Shown: one piece after another, positions 16,936 through 27,394 of the stretch
Layout of the letters: every line of letters starts with the position of its first letter
How positions within the stretch are numbered: the first letter of the stretch is position 1
Assembly (NCBI GenBank): GCA_037139975.1
Contig: JBAXFJ010000004.1
Coordinates: 1 to 57,431, forward strand
Length of the DNA: 57,431 nt
Source: a bacterium
GTDB taxonomy: Bacteria; Patescibacteriota; Minisyncoccia; Phycocordibacterales; SBAW01
Reading direction: 5' to 3'
Notes under the pieces: generated by a model
Databases searched by the model: none
Told to the model about the DNA's origin: nothing
The model's input: the letters and a program-made list of their open reading frames with translations, nothing else
Translations under genes and position numbers: made by a program

Positions 16936-17037
16936 ATGAATACGAAACTAACAACCATAAGTGCGGTGGTGCTGCGTCTGTGCTTGGGCTGGTTCATGCT
17001 TATTGACGGTCTGCAAGCGGCGCGCAACCCTGCCTAG
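16936..17037 (+). pseudogene. Truncated DoxX-like gene
   Basis: MNTKLTTISAVVLRLCLGWFMLIDGLQAARNPA* with TAG where Trp is expected; TATGAT 6 nt upstream. Confidence 0.5.
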
Positions 17038-17070
17038 AATAGGAGCTATTTTTTTTGAAGGTGGTTGGCA

Positions 17071-17694
17071 TCATGCTATCTCAATGAGTACTTCGTTGCG
17101 CATCATCCACGGCGGTGTCCATGGGGCGTTGTATCCGGCGTATTGTGGCTCTCCGATGGCAGTAACTTTGTCATGAGACAGTGCGGACAAAAGTTCTTGT
17201 TTTTTAGATTGCACGCGCGCATCAGTGCGCCACAAAGTAAACCTCTTGGCCGCCATTTTCTTGGCAGGTGCTTGGGCGATAGTTATCCGCGAGTCAGTAG
17301 GCGTGGGGAGCGTGGTCAACGTATATGAGCGGGGCATGCCGAACGTAATGGTGTGAGACTCTCCTTCGATGTTTGCCATTACCGGGGCCGTCATGGCGAT
17401 TGATTGTCCGTTGCGCTTTTGTTCGACCACTGGCGCGGTCATCGAAATGTTTTCTTTCTTTGTGTTTCCACCAAAAATGTACCCAGCGACGATGCGGAAT
17501 CCTTGCCCAAGTGCGTCTCGGTATGGACCGGTAACTGTTGTCTGTGCGACAAGATGTGCAGGATAGTTGCGAATCTCGTAGCCATCAGTTTTCGTGAGCA
17601 CCGAGTATTCAGTCTGTTCGACTCGAGAGGAGAAGTAGCCCCAGAGGGACCATCCGACCACCATTAGTAATACAAGAATGAGCGATAGTTCCAT
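17071..17694 (-). CDS. SOUL heme-binding family protein
   Basis: EIRNYP, GFRIVAGYIFGGN, ISMTAPV, YNAPWTPPWMMRNEV. Confidence 0.92.
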   Translation of the reverse strand: MELSLILVLLMVVGWSLWGYFSSRVEQTEYSVLTKTDGYEIRNYPAHLVAQTTVTGPYRDALGQGFRIVAGYIFGGNTKKENISMTAPVVEQKRNGQSIAMTAPVMANIEGESHTITFGMPRSYTLTTLPTPTDSRITIAQAPAKKMAAKRFTLWRTDARVQSKKQELLSALSHDKVTAIGEPQYAGYNAPWTPPWMMRNEVLIEIA

Positions 17695-17795
17695 GTAGTC
17701 CAAGTATACCACTCATAAACTTTAGACTACATGAAGATGCCGTAAAAAGATGTACCGTTTATAACGCAACAGTTGCTCTTTGCTATACTTAAAGC

Positions 17796-18041
17796 ATGAA
17801 AGAAGTTACCTCTGGGTCAGCGCACAAGCTGCCGGCGGATTTGAAAAAAGCGCTTGCGGGGGCGCCCGCAGCACGGGCGACGTGGGATGATGTTACACCG
17901 CTCGCGCGCAGTGAGTGGATCTGTTGGGTCACCTCGGGTAAAAAAGCCGAAACGCGCGGCATTCGCATCAAAAAAGCACTCTCGAAACTTTCAGGCGGCA
18001 TGCGCCGGCCCTGCTGTTGGGCCGGTTGCCCGCATCGTTGA
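17796..18041 (+). CDS. YdeI/OmpD-associated family protein
   Basis: LPADLKKAL..W..VTPLARSEWICWV..KKAETR..RI..RRPCCWAGC. Confidence 0.85.
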   Translation: MKEVTSGSAHKLPADLKKALAGAPAARATWDDVTPLARSEWICWVTSGKKAETRGIRIKKALSKLSGGMRRPCCWAGCPHR

Positions 18042-18052
18042 GAGTTTTTGGT

Positions 18053-18292
18053 ATGTATTTCATCTACATTCTAAAGTGCAAAGACGGTTCGCTCTACACG
18101 GGCATCACAACCGATGTTGTGCGGCGATTTGCCGAACACCAAAGCGGCGTGGGCGGGCACTATACCCGCGCGCATGGGGCAGTGCGCATTGTGTATACTG
18201 AAAAATACCCAAACAGGAGCCTTGCCTCAAAGCGCGAAGCTGAGATAAAGGGCATGTCGAGAGTGCAAAAACTTCATTTACTAATGCTATAA
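18053..18292 (+). CDS. GIY-YIG nuclease (UPF0213/YhbQ-like)
   Basis: YILKCKDGSLYTGITTD..RR..EHQSG.G..YT..ASKREAEIK. Confidence 0.9.
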   Translation: MYFIYILKCKDGSLYTGITTDVVRRFAEHQSGVGGHYTRAHGAVRIVYTEKYPNRSLASKREAEIKGMSRVQKLHLLML

Positions 18293-18301
18293 TGTAAACA
18301 T

Positions 18302-18715
18302 ATGGAAGTATCATACACATTGATTTTGGTCGCGGTGGTCGCTCAATTTATTCTTGGGGCGCTGTGGTATTCGCCTTTGTTGTTTGGGAAATGGTGGATG
18401 CAGATTATGGAGTGCGAGGGCATGTCGAAGGCACAGATGCAGAAAATGCAAAAAGAGATGATGCCGTTTTATGGTCTCCAGTTTTTGCTCACGCTCCTGA
18501 GCACCGTTTCGTTTGCCAACCTTGCTGTATACTTGCCTGGCTTTAGCATCTACCACGTGGGCTTCTGGCTGTGGGTCGGCTTTCTCGCTCCCACACAAAT
18601 CGCCTCGGTTGTATGGGCAAATACCAAGAAAAAGTTTTGGCCCAAACAAATCTTTGTGATGCTGAGCTATCAGTTGGTTGGCATTATGCTCGCCGCGTTT
18701 ATCCTCTCGCTATAG
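18302..18715 (+). CDS. DUF1761 membrane protein
   Basis: FILGALWYSPLLFGKWW; four TM segments. Confidence 0.85.
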   Translation: MEVSYTLILVAVVAQFILGALWYSPLLFGKWWMQIMECEGMSKAQMQKMQKEMMPFYGLQFLLTLLSTVSFANLAVYLPGFSIYHVGFWLWVGFLAPTQIASVVWANTKKKFWPKQIFVMLSYQLVGIMLAAFILSL

Positions 18716-18738
18716 AATCTCGTGTGATTCTATTGGTT

Positions 18739-19359
18739 TTATTTTAAAACATCTACCGTTTTGCGGATGTGATCAAATTCAAATAGGAGCGCCTGCTTGT
18801 CGAACTCACGCACTGTGCCTGGTGGGTAGTTTTCAAATACGCTGTAGTGTATGAAATAGCGCGCCGCCCGGCAGGGGTTTGTGTTTGGTAGTGCATATAC
18901 TGTTTCTTCATATCGATTGCCTGCGCCTGCTCCGGTGGTGGAAGCGACTGAATAGATCGTGCCGTTTTCTGTGAGAGTATGTGTTGGTGTCTGCGCGCCA
19001 CCGCTTTGGTCGAGAAAGAGCGCTGCGGTGCAGGCCGAGGTGGTAGCGATGCGCTCGACGCTGAGGTAGGAGTCTGCCCCAAGGTTAGTGCCCGCGGCAG
19101 TGGAGGTAGAAATAGTAAATTTTACTCCCTCGATGAGGTGTTCGAGCCCCATTTCTTGATAGACGTAGCGGCTGTCGACTGCGTACCCTTCGGGGTAGCG
19201 GATAGAAAAACCTTCTGCGGTGTTTTCATATACCCGGGTGAGGTCGCCAAAGTCTGTGTTTGCTGCGGGGGCTGGCGCGCGCATCAAGAAAAGCCCAAGC
19301 ACCGCAGCGGCGATAATCAGAAATATAAAAAATAGGGTATGTTTTGCATGCAGGGACAT
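18739..19359 (-). CDS. Membrane-anchored hypothetical protein
   Basis: N-terminal TM; GFSIRYP motif; TATACT 6 nt upstream. Confidence 0.7.
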   Translation of the reverse strand: MSLHAKHTLFFIFLIIAAAVLGLFLMRAPAPAANTDFGDLTRVYENTAEGFSIRYPEGYAVDSRYVYQEMGLEHLIEGVKFTISTSTAAGTNLGADSYLSVERIATTSACTAALFLDQSGGAQTPTHTLTENGTIYSVASTTGAGAGNRYEETVYALPNTNPCRAARYFIHYSVFENYPPGTVREFDKQALLFEFDHIRKTVDVLK

Positions 19360-19407
19360 ATGTTTAGTATACTATAGTCACATTACTGGTAAGTATCTGT
19401 ACATTGT

Positions 19408-20091
19408 ATGAATAAAATTGTTCTTGCGATTCTTGGTGTGCTCATGGTGCTCGGTGTGGGATATTGGTTGTTATCTGGACCCAGCGCTGCGTCAAATCAG
19501 CCCATGGTTGGGCAAGAGCAGGCAACGACCACTGGCGCAGCGGTGCCGGTGACTGACGCCACTGCTTCGACTACCAACACTACAACTAGTAACTCTAATA
19601 AAAAAAATATGACTGCAACACTACACACGAACATGGGCGACATCACGGTAGAGTTCTTTCCCGACCAGGCGCCCAACACCGTCGCCAACTTTATCAAGCT
19701 TGCAAAGAGCGGCTTTTATGACGGCACCAAATTTCACCGGGTTATTAAGGGCTTTATGGACCAAGGCGGCGACCCGCTTTCAAAAGATGATTCGATGGTG
19801 GCGCGGTGGGGTACGGGCGGCCCAGGCTATCAATTTAACGATGAAATAGCTGCCCAAAACGAAAACGCCCCAGGCACTATCGCGATGGCCAACTCTGGCC
19901 CCAACACGCAAGGGAGCCAGTTCTTCATCAATGCAGTCGACAATCGCACTAACCTCGGCAACAACTACACCGTTTTTGGTAAAGTTACGTCGGGCATGGA
20001 TGTGGTTACTGCCATCAACAATGTCCAAACTGGACAGTCTGACCGACCACTGAAGCCAGTGGTGCTCACCAGCGTGACGCTGAGTAGTTAG
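19408..20091 (+). CDS. Cyclophilin-type peptidyl-prolyl isomerase with membrane anchor
   Basis: FYDGTKFHRVIKGFMDQGGDP, AMANSGPNTQGSQFFI, YTVFG. Confidence 0.95.
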   Translation: MNKIVLAILGVLMVLGVGYWLLSGPSAASNQPMVGQEQATTTGAAVPVTDATASTTNTTTSNSNKKNMTATLHTNMGDITVEFFPDQAPNTVANFIKLAKSGFYDGTKFHRVIKGFMDQGGDPLSKDDSMVARWGTGGPGYQFNDEIAAQNENAPGTIAMANSGPNTQGSQFFINAVDNRTNLGNNYTVFGKVTSGMDVVTAINNVQTGQSDRPLKPVVLTSVTLSS

Positions 20092-20108
20092 ATGTACTCG
20101 CCACAAAA

Positions 20109-20146
20109 AAACACCCGCGCGGCACCTATGTACCGCGCGGGTGTTT
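20109..20146. terminator. Intrinsic terminator hairpin
   Basis: aaacacccgcgcgg..ccgcgcgggtgttt. Confidence 0.7.
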
Positions 20147-20166
20147 GCGTCTTGTATACTAAACGC

Positions 20167-21000
20167 ATGAGTGTTGTAAAACGTATAGTCGGGTTTGTGT
20201 GGACGCTTGTTTGGGTAGCGGGTCTATGCGGTGTCGGCTACTTTTTTTACTATGAAAAATTGCCGTGCAAGCAGCCCATTGCCTACAAAATTGGGACACT
20301 CGACCCACGCTTTGGAGTGTCAGAGAGTGATTTTGAAAAAGACATCACGCAGGCGAGTGGTCTGTGGAGTGGCGCTGCGGGCAAGTTGTTGTTTGTCCAT
20401 GACTCACACGGAGCGCTCACCATCAGTCTTGTCTATGATACGCGTCAACAAACCTCGCAAGAAGAAGTAACACAAAGAGCTGCAATAAACCAAACCAGCC
20501 AAAACGCCGCACAGATAAAAGCACAGTACATGGCACTGCAGCAGGAGTACACAACAGCAAGCCAAACATACGAGCAGCTTGTTGCGCAATACAACCAGTC
20601 GCCAAACAGAGAGAGGGCGGCTGGCGCGCGCGCGGAGATAGAGGTGAAGCGACTGCAAGTAAACACTCTCGCCGATCAAATCAACTCACTCATCAAGCAA
20701 TACAATGGGCTGGTCGATCAGATCAACGCAAACGTCAGCGCCATTAACAACGACGGGCTCACAGGCACACAGTTTGAAGAAGGAGTGTATATTGCAGATG
20801 CGCAGGGGACGCGCATCAACGTCTATCAGTTCGACAACAAGACTGCGTTCATCCGCGTGCTTGCTCACGAGCTGGGCCACGCGATTGGACTCGAGCACAA
20901 CGACAACATCGACTCTATCATGAGTCCGGTCAACCAAAGCAAAAGCCTCTCCCTGAGTCCCGAAGACCTCGCCGCCCTCAAAACTGAGTGTGGAATATAA
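20167..21000 (+). CDS. Matrixin-family zinc metalloprotease with coiled-coil insert
   Basis: HELGHAIGLEH plus Met-turn SIMSP; N-terminal TM. Confidence 0.9.
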   Translation: MSVVKRIVGFVWTLVWVAGLCGVGYFFYYEKLPCKQPIAYKIGTLDPRFGVSESDFEKDITQASGLWSGAAGKLLFVHDSHGALTISLVYDTRQQTSQEEVTQRAAINQTSQNAAQIKAQYMALQQEYTTASQTYEQLVAQYNQSPNRERAAGARAEIEVKRLQVNTLADQINSLIKQYNGLVDQINANVSAINNDGLTGTQFEEGVYIADAQGTRINVYQFDNKTAFIRVLAHELGHAIGLEHNDNIDSIMSPVNQSKSLSLSPEDLAALKTECGI

Positions 21001-21030
21001 ATGTGAACAGGTAAGGTCTATACTAGAACA

Positions 21031-23400
21031 ATGATATTGTTTTCAGCAGTTTTAAGGCACAGGGTTGAGGCGATTGCGCGCATTGTGTCGCGGCATGTTT
21101 TTTTGCTGATTAATGCGATTATTTTTGCAGTGGTTGCGTTACTGGTGGTGTTTGGCGACACGCAGGAGGGAATTTTTATTGCGCTCATTACCGTCATCAA
21201 CATCGTCTTTGGTGCGGGACAGGAGATCAGCGCATGGCTCACGCTCGAGAAGTTGCAGCTGCTCGCGGCGCCACGAGTGCTTCGGGTGACTGCAGACGGA
21301 ACAGAGTCGGTCGTGATGGCAGAAGACATTCGCGCCAAAGACACCATCAAGCTCAAGATGGGCGACCAGGTGCCTTGCGACGGGGTGCTTGCTTCGTCGC
21401 ATGGCTTCGAGGTTAATGAGGCGCTCATTACGGGCGAGTCGACGGCCTTTTTGCGCACGCAGGGCGACAGCGTCCTAGCGGGCAGCATCATCACTTCAGG
21501 TTCAGGCACGCTCGTTGCCGAGAATGCCTTTGCGGAAAGTCGCATTGTGCAGATGACCCAAAGTATTAAAAAGTATGTGCTCATCCTCAGTCCCATCCAG
21601 TCGGCAATCAACCTGGTTATCACATACACGAGCTACCTGCTTTTGCTCGTTATTCTTTTTGTCACCGTGTGGGGCACGATGGTGCATGAGTCGACCATAG
21701 CCATCATCCAAAACATTGGGGCACTCACCAGTATGCTGCTTCCACAAGGGATGGTGGTCATCGTCACGCTGCTTTTCTCGTATGGAGCAGCGCACATGTA
21801 TCGTAAAAATGTTTTACTGCAGGAAATAAACGCAACCGAGAAGTTTGGCCGCATAAAAAATCTCTGCATGGATAAGACAGGCACACTCACGAGCGCTGAA
21901 CTCGTGGTGGAGCGCCTACATCTGCCGCCAGGTGTGGACGAGGTTTATGCCCGAGACTCTGCTCGCGGCTACATCAAAGGCACAGGGGATTCATCGCAAA
22001 CCATCGAGACGATCAAAAAAGAAATGGGTGAGGTATATGCCGGTGAAGTTGTGGAAGATCTGCCCTTTTCTTCGTCGCGCCAGTTTGGGGTCGCGCGCAT
22101 CAAAGACGTGCATGGCGAGCGGCTCGTCCTGGCCGGTGGGCCCGAAGTTTTTTTGCCGCACATTTTGTCTGAGTCAGAGAAAAAGTGGATGCAAAACCTT
22201 ATAGACACTGAGGCGCCCGCGGGCAAACGGCTCCTATGTTTTGTTCTGGCCTCTACGGGTCCGCTGCCCAAAGAACTTGTGGGTCTTGGGCTTTCTGTTT
22301 CGGCGGTCTTTACGCTCAGTCATACTTTGCGTGAGGGTGTTGCTGAGGCAGTTCAATTTTTTCAAAATAGGGGAGTTGTCATCCGCATTATCTCGGGCGA
22401 CAACCCAAAGACGGTCGCGGCGGTCGCACTGCAGGCTGGTGTGCGTGGCACGGAGGCAGTCATCACGGGCGTCGAGCTTGAAGGCTGGAGTGACGCCGAC
22501 TATGTGCAACGCGTCCCTGGCTACACACTCTTTGCGCGCATCAAGCCCGAGCAGAAAGAAAAAATAATCGAAGGACTCAAACAAAGCGGCTTTACCGCGA
22601 TGATCGGCGACGGGGCCAATGACGCCCTTGCTATCAAGAAAGCCGACCTTGGGATAGCTATGTTTGACGGCGCACAGGCTACGCGGCAAGTTGCGGGGGT
22701 GGTGTTAGTCAAAAACAGTTTTTCTGACCTGCCAAACGGGGTGAAGCTTGCCGACAATATTATCCAAAACATCGAGCTGTGCGCGAGTCTTTTTTTCAAC
22801 CAGGTATTCCTCGGTTTCTTTTTCTTTGTGCTGTTGGCACTTTTTGACTACCCATCGCCGTTTACACCACTTAACATCACGTTTATCAATTACTTTACTG
22901 TGGGGCTGCCCGGCCTCCTCATTTTCTATTGGATCATCCGCCCCGTGCACGCGCGTGTGGTGCCGCAAGACAAATCATTTCTGCGGCAGGTGATGCCCTT
23001 TGCGCTCCTTTCGGCGTTACCACAGACGTTGGTGGCAGGCGTTGCGTTTTATATGAGTCTTGAACATGCGCAACAGCACGGCCCCACGAGTCTGGTGGTG
23101 CTCGCGTGCATCATAGTGGGAATCATCTTTTTTATGGTTGCACCCAAGGTCTATGGTGGCCCCATGACGGGTACACAAGTACGCCAGCTTTCGGTACTCG
23201 CGGTTTTTGAGGTGGTCTTGATTGTTGCATTGCTAAAAATTCCTCTGGTCACAGAATTTTACAATCTGAAAGCTCCATCACTTCACAGCACTCTCGAGCT
23301 GCTGCCGGTTGTTGCCCTGTATGTGCTGGTGCAATGGGCGGTGACGTCTGGCTATTACCGCCTTGTCGGGCTCAAAAAAGTCTTTGAAATTCCAGCGTGA
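21031..23400 (+). CDS. P-type cation-transporting ATPase (CtpE-like)
   Basis: TGES, DKTGTLT, SGDN, GDGAND. Confidence 0.93.
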   Translation: MILFSAVLRHRVEAIARIVSRHVFLLINAIIFAVVALLVVFGDTQEGIFIALITVINIVFGAGQEISAWLTLEKLQLLAAPRVLRVTADGTESVVMAEDIRAKDTIKLKMGDQVPCDGVLASSHGFEVNEALITGESTAFLRTQGDSVLAGSIITSGSGTLVAENAFAESRIVQMTQSIKKYVLILSPIQSAINLVITYTSYLLLLVILFVTVWGTMVHESTIAIIQNIGALTSMLLPQGMVVIVTLLFSYGAAHMYRKNVLLQEINATEKFGRIKNLCMDKTGTLTSAELVVERLHLPPGVDEVYARDSARGYIKGTGDSSQTIETIKKEMGEVYAGEVVEDLPFSSSRQFGVARIKDVHGERLVLAGGPEVFLPHILSESEKKWMQNLIDTEAPAGKRLLCFVLASTGPLPKELVGLGLSVSAVFTLSHTLREGVAEAVQFFQNRGVVIRIISGDNPKTVAAVALQAGVRGTEAVITGVELEGWSDADYVQRVPGYTLFARIKPEQKEKIIEGLKQSGFTAMIGDGANDALAIKKADLGIAMFDGAQATRQVAGVVLVKNSFSDLPNGVKLADNIIQNIELCASLFFNQVFLGFFFFVLLALFDYPSPFTPLNITFINYFTVGLPGLLIFYWIIRPVHARVVPQDKSFLRQVMPFALLSALPQTLVAGVAFYMSLEHAQQHGPTSLVVLACIIVGIIFFMVAPKVYGGPMTGTQVRQLSVLAVFEVVLIVALLKIPLVTEFYNLKAPSLHSTLELLPVVALYVLVQWAVTSGYYRLVGLKKVFEIPA

Positions 23401-23443
23401 GGCGGGGGTGGCAGACGTGGGTAGTTAGGACTATACTAAGGCC

Positions 23444-24202
23444 ATGACATGGATAATCGCGGCTGTAGCTGCAGTGCTTGTGCTTTTGTCACTACGCGTA
23501 GTTAAAGAATATGACCGCGGGGTTATTTTCTTTTTGGGAAAAGCAACCGGCGTGCGAGGGCCGGGGCTCATTGTCCTTGTGCCGCTTTTTGAGATGATGA
23601 CCAAAGTGACGTTGCGGACCATCACGATGAACATCCCGTCGCAGAAAATTATCACCAAAGACAATGTTTCAATAGATATCGCAGCAGTAGCCTACTTTCA
23701 CATCGTCGACCCGATGAAGTCGGTGGTTGCCATCGAGAACGTGTACGACGCGGTCAATCAAATTAGCCAGACCACGGTGCGCAACATTGTGGGGCAATTT
23801 ATGCTCGACCAGGTGCTCTCGCAAACTGCCGACATCAACGCACAGATTAAAGAGGTGATTGATCAGCACACTGAACCCTGGGGTGCGCAGGTGACTGCGG
23901 TTGAGATCAAAGACATCGCCCTGCCTGAAAATATGCAGCGCGCGATGGCCAAAGAAGCCGAGGCCGAGCGTGAGCGCCGCGCCAAAATTGTTGCCGCAGA
24001 AGGCGAGATGCAAGCCGCGCAGAAGCTGGGCGAGGCGGCGGACATTATCTCCAAGCACCCCGTCGCGCTCCAGCTGCGTACGCTCCAGACCATGGCTGAA
24101 ATTTCAGTCGAGAAAAACTCAACCATCATCTTCCCCGCACAGTTCATGACCACGGTCGAAGAAGCGGTTCGCATGATCAAAGGGGATTCTAAGAGTTTAT
24201 AG
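23444..24202 (+). CDS. SPFH/band 7 (stomatin-like) protein
   Basis: [40 protein letters not shown]. Confidence 0.95.
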   Translation: MTWIIAAVAAVLVLLSLRVVKEYDRGVIFFLGKATGVRGPGLIVLVPLFEMMTKVTLRTITMNIPSQKIITKDNVSIDIAAVAYFHIVDPMKSVVAIENVYDAVNQISQTTVRNIVGQFMLDQVLSQTADINAQIKEVIDQHTEPWGAQVTAVEIKDIALPENMQRAMAKEAEAERERRAKIVAAEGEMQAAQKLGEAADIISKHPVALQLRTLQTMAEISVEKNSTIIFPAQFMTTVEEAVRMIKGDSKSL

Positions 24203-24217
24203 GTACGCTGCCTAGCT

Positions 24218-24667
24218 ATGAACTACTGGCTGATGAAAACCGAGCCTGGGGTGTATTCGATAGACGACCTTAAAAAGAAGGGGACGGACGCGTGGGACGG
24301 GGTGCGCAACTATCAAGCGCGTAACTTTATGATGACAATGAAGGTGGGCGACGGCGTGCTTTTTTATCACTCGGGCAAAGAGCCCGGGGTGGTGGGGCTG
24401 GCAAAAGTAGCAAAGCTTGCGTACCCTGACGCCTCGCAGTTTGATAAAAAAGATATGCATTTTGACCCAAAAGCGACGAAAGAAAAACCAATTTGGTTTT
24501 GTGTTGACGTGCAGTTTGTACAAAAGTTTAAAACTCCAATGATGCTTGCCCAGATTAAACGCGAGAAAAAACTCGCTGGCATGCGCGTCCGCGAAGTCGG
24601 TTCGCGCCTCTCGGTGCAACCGGTTTCAAAAGAGCATTTTGAGCATATTGCCCAAATGGCACAGTAA
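24218..24667 (+). CDS. EVE domain protein
   Basis: YWLMKTEP, WDGVRNYQARNF, RLSVQPV. Confidence 0.95.
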   Translation: MNYWLMKTEPGVYSIDDLKKKGTDAWDGVRNYQARNFMMTMKVGDGVLFYHSGKEPGVVGLAKVAKLAYPDASQFDKKDMHFDPKATKEKPIWFCVDVQFVQKFKTPMMLAQIKREKKLAGMRVREVGSRLSVQPVSKEHFEHIAQMAQ

Positions 24668-24718
24668 AAAAGCCAATGTGCTAGAATGGGCGTACTAGCA
24701 GAATAATCTAAAAAATAT

Positions 24719-25240
24719 ATGGAAAATATATACGACTACACGATGCCAACGTTTATAAAACTCCTCGGTGGGCTCAAGGGTGTGTTGGCCAAGGCGACAG
24801 AGCATAGGCTTGATGAGGGCAAGCTCCTACAAGATAGACTCGCACCCGACATGTTCCCGCTGGTAAAGCAGGTACAGGTCGCGACCGACCAGGCCAAGGG
24901 CGCGTCAGCTCGGCTCTCGGGTATGGAAGCTCCAAAGTTTGAGGACACCGAAGCGACTGTCGCCGAACTCCAGGCTCGCATCGATAAGACGATTGAGTTT
25001 ATACAGTCAGTTCCTCAGAGCGCGTTCGCGGGCGCGGGGGAGCGCCAGATAACTATTTCCTATTTCCCAGGGAAATTCATGACGGGGTTTGATTATGCGC
25101 GCGACTATGCGATACCAAACTTTTTCTTCCATATCTCGATGGCGTACGCCTTGGTGCGCAAAAATGATGTGCCGGTTGGCAAGGCCGATTTCATGAACGG
25201 CCTCCCGCTCCAAGACCTCGAAGTAACCGAGGCGATATAG
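24719..25240 (+). CDS. DUF1993 (DinB-like) protein
   Basis: RLAPDMFPL..QVQ, PNFFFH..AY..R...VPVGKADF. Confidence 0.92.
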   Translation: MENIYDYTMPTFIKLLGGLKGVLAKATEHRLDEGKLLQDRLAPDMFPLVKQVQVATDQAKGASARLSGMEAPKFEDTEATVAELQARIDKTIEFIQSVPQSAFAGAGERQITISYFPGKFMTGFDYARDYAIPNFFFHISMAYALVRKNDVPVGKADFMNGLPLQDLEVTEAI

Positions 25241-25249
25241 TCTGGCGCC

Positions 25250-25792
25250 ATGAACCCCACGTTTATCACCGGCAACCAAAACAAGGCCGACTATCTGTCG
25301 AAATATTTAGGCTATCCCGTGGAGCACACTAAACTTGATTTAGAAGAAATCCAGTCTCTTGATTTAAGAGAGGTGGTGCAGCATAAAGTCCTGCAAGCAT
25401 ATGCGAAAGTAGGGAAGCCAGTTTTGGTCGAAGATGTTTCTCTTGAATTCAAAGCGCTCGGCAGGCTCCCGGGCACGTTCATCCGCTTCTTCTTAGAAGA
25501 ACTTTCGCTCGAGCAAATATGTGCGCTCGTTGATGGTAAAGATCGCAGCGCCGTTGCTCGCTGCATTTTTGGATATTTTGACGGTAAAGAGGAGAAGTAT
25601 TTTGAAAGTAGTATGTCGGGTAGTGTTGCAGAAAAACCAGCAGGTGCTGGTGGTTATGGATGGGACCCAATTTTTATTCCCGAGGGCTATTCAGTAACCC
25701 GCGCAGAGTTGAGTGAAGAAGATGATAAAATTACGTATCTTAAAATCAAACCATTCGAGCAATTAAAAACATTTCTTGTTGCAAAGAATTAG
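25250..25792 (+). CDS. Ham1/ITPase-family non-canonical purine NTP pyrophosphatase
   Basis: TGNQNK, LEEIQ, VED..L...PG, YGWDPIF. Confidence 0.88.
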   Translation: MNPTFITGNQNKADYLSKYLGYPVEHTKLDLEEIQSLDLREVVQHKVLQAYAKVGKPVLVEDVSLEFKALGRLPGTFIRFFLEELSLEQICALVDGKDRSAVARCIFGYFDGKEEKYFESSMSGSVAEKPAGAGGYGWDPIFIPEGYSVTRAELSEEDDKITYLKIKPFEQLKTFLVAKN

Positions 25793-25801
25793 TTTAGTTT
25801 T

Positions 25802-26533
25802 TTAACTCGCGAATTTGATGATAAGGAAGAGAGTGGCCATGCCCAAGAGGGTGGCGATGGTCGTCCATTTGGCCGGGTGGGAGTGATGGCTCTCGGGCAC
25901 CAAGTCGGATGCGCCGATATAGAGAAAGAAGCCTGCAAAGAGCGCGAGCAGGAGACCGAGTTGATTAGAAGGAATGGTAAAGAAGAGCGTGATCACCACG
26001 CCCAAGACCGGCGCGAGTGCGTCTGCCCAGAGCCATTTGAACGCACGTGATACGTCGCCGTTGTTTCGGATGACCATGTTAACTGTGTTGATGCCGTCGG
26101 AAAAGTCGTGTGCCAAGACCGCAACCGCCACAACTGCCCCCACCGCAGGCGAGACCTGGAAGGCAAGGCCAATACCGATACCGTCGAGTAGACTGTGGAA
26201 CGAGAGGGTGCCTGCGCCAAAGTCGCCGAGGCGCAGATGCGCATGCGCGTCGTCTTTTGCTTCGTGTTCTCCGTGCTCGTGCAAGAGGACAAATCGGTCG
26301 AGGATAAGGTAGAGCGCGAAGCCAAGCGCGACGATTGAGGTAATAGAGAGGGGCGAGTAGTGCGCGCCGCCCAGCTCGAGCGCTTCGGGCATCAGGTCAA
26401 AAAAGGCGACGCCGATGACCGCTCCGGCACTAAAACCCAAAATAAGATGCAATTGGTCTTTGAGCCGCAAGGCAAAAAGCCCGCCGAGGAGGGTTGAGGC
26501 AAACGTTGCGACTACGATAGCAAAAACCAACAT
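25802..26533 (-). CDS. ZIP family metal transporter
   Basis: HSLLDG, HDFSDG, LVPESH. Confidence 0.92.
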   Translation of the reverse strand: MLVFAIVVATFASTLLGGLFALRLKDQLHLILGFSAGAVIGVAFFDLMPEALELGGAHYSPLSITSIVALGFALYLILDRFVLLHEHGEHEAKDDAHAHLRLGDFGAGTLSFHSLLDGIGIGLAFQVSPAVGAVVAVAVLAHDFSDGINTVNMVIRNNGDVSRAFKWLWADALAPVLGVVITLFFTIPSNQLGLLLALFAGFFLYIGASDLVPESHHSHPAKWTTIATLLGMATLFLIIKFAS

Positions 26534-26615
26534 ATGGCTTCTTTACAGTAGCCTTTTTTCGTTTTATTTGCAATGCACTTCTGTGTAGAGTGTTTGAACC
26601 TGGTACACTCAGTAT

Positions 26616-27389
26616 ATGGATTATGCAAAAGAGGTAGAGGTTGCAAAGCGACTTGCGTTGCATGCAGGTGAGATTATGTTGCAATACTTTGACGCTGACC
26701 AGCAGGTGCAGGTTAAGGCCGATCAGTCGCCAGTTACTGTCGCCGATACGCTCATTAACGACATGGTCATCGAAGAGCTGTCTCGCGAGTTTCCTGAGGA
26801 CGGTATTATTGGCGAAGAAAAGAGTACTGCTGAATATGGGGGTGGACGGAAGTGGTTTTGCGACCCGATAGACGGTACGTCGGGCTATATTGCTGGGTCG
26901 CCTACCGCGATGTTTTCGCTCGCGTTGGTTATAGACGGTGTGCCTGTTGTTGGTGTTGCGTATGATCCATTTTTAAAACGAATGTATGAGGGCGTTCAAG
27001 GGGTGGGGAGTTTTTGTAATTCTGTGCGGCTTGAGGTTTCAAAGAATGGTTTACGTGGTGGGCGAGTGGGGCTCACTAGTGGTGCAGGACGGCTCCGCAC
27101 TTTGCCATATATCCCCGTGCTTGAAAAAGAGGGGGTATATTTTTCCGTGGTGAGCGGCGCCGTCTATAAATCAACTCTTGTAGCTCGCGGCAAACTCGCG
27201 GGTTACATTGAAGCGGGAGTGTGTGCGCACGACATGGCCGCAGTGCAGGTGATCGTTGAAGAGGCTGGTGGCAGGGTCACGGGTATGCAAGGAGAAGTTT
27301 TAGATTACAATAGGCCTTTTCAGGGAGCGATTACTTCAAACAGTGTGGTACATGAGAGACTTGTAGAAATTGTGAATACTTCAAAATAA
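26616..27389 (+). CDS. Inositol monophosphatase family protein
   Basis: VTVAD, GEE, DPIDGT, HDMAA..EAGG. Confidence 0.92.
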   Translation: MDYAKEVEVAKRLALHAGEIMLQYFDADQQVQVKADQSPVTVADTLINDMVIEELSREFPEDGIIGEEKSTAEYGGGRKWFCDPIDGTSGYIAGSPTAMFSLALVIDGVPVVGVAYDPFLKRMYEGVQGVGSFCNSVRLEVSKNGLRGGRVGLTSGAGRLRTLPYIPVLEKEGVYFSVVSGAVYKSTLVARGKLAGYIEAGVCAHDMAAVQVIVEEAGGRVTGMQGEVLDYNRPFQGAITSNSVVHERLVEIVNTSK

Positions 27390-27394
27390 ATAAC

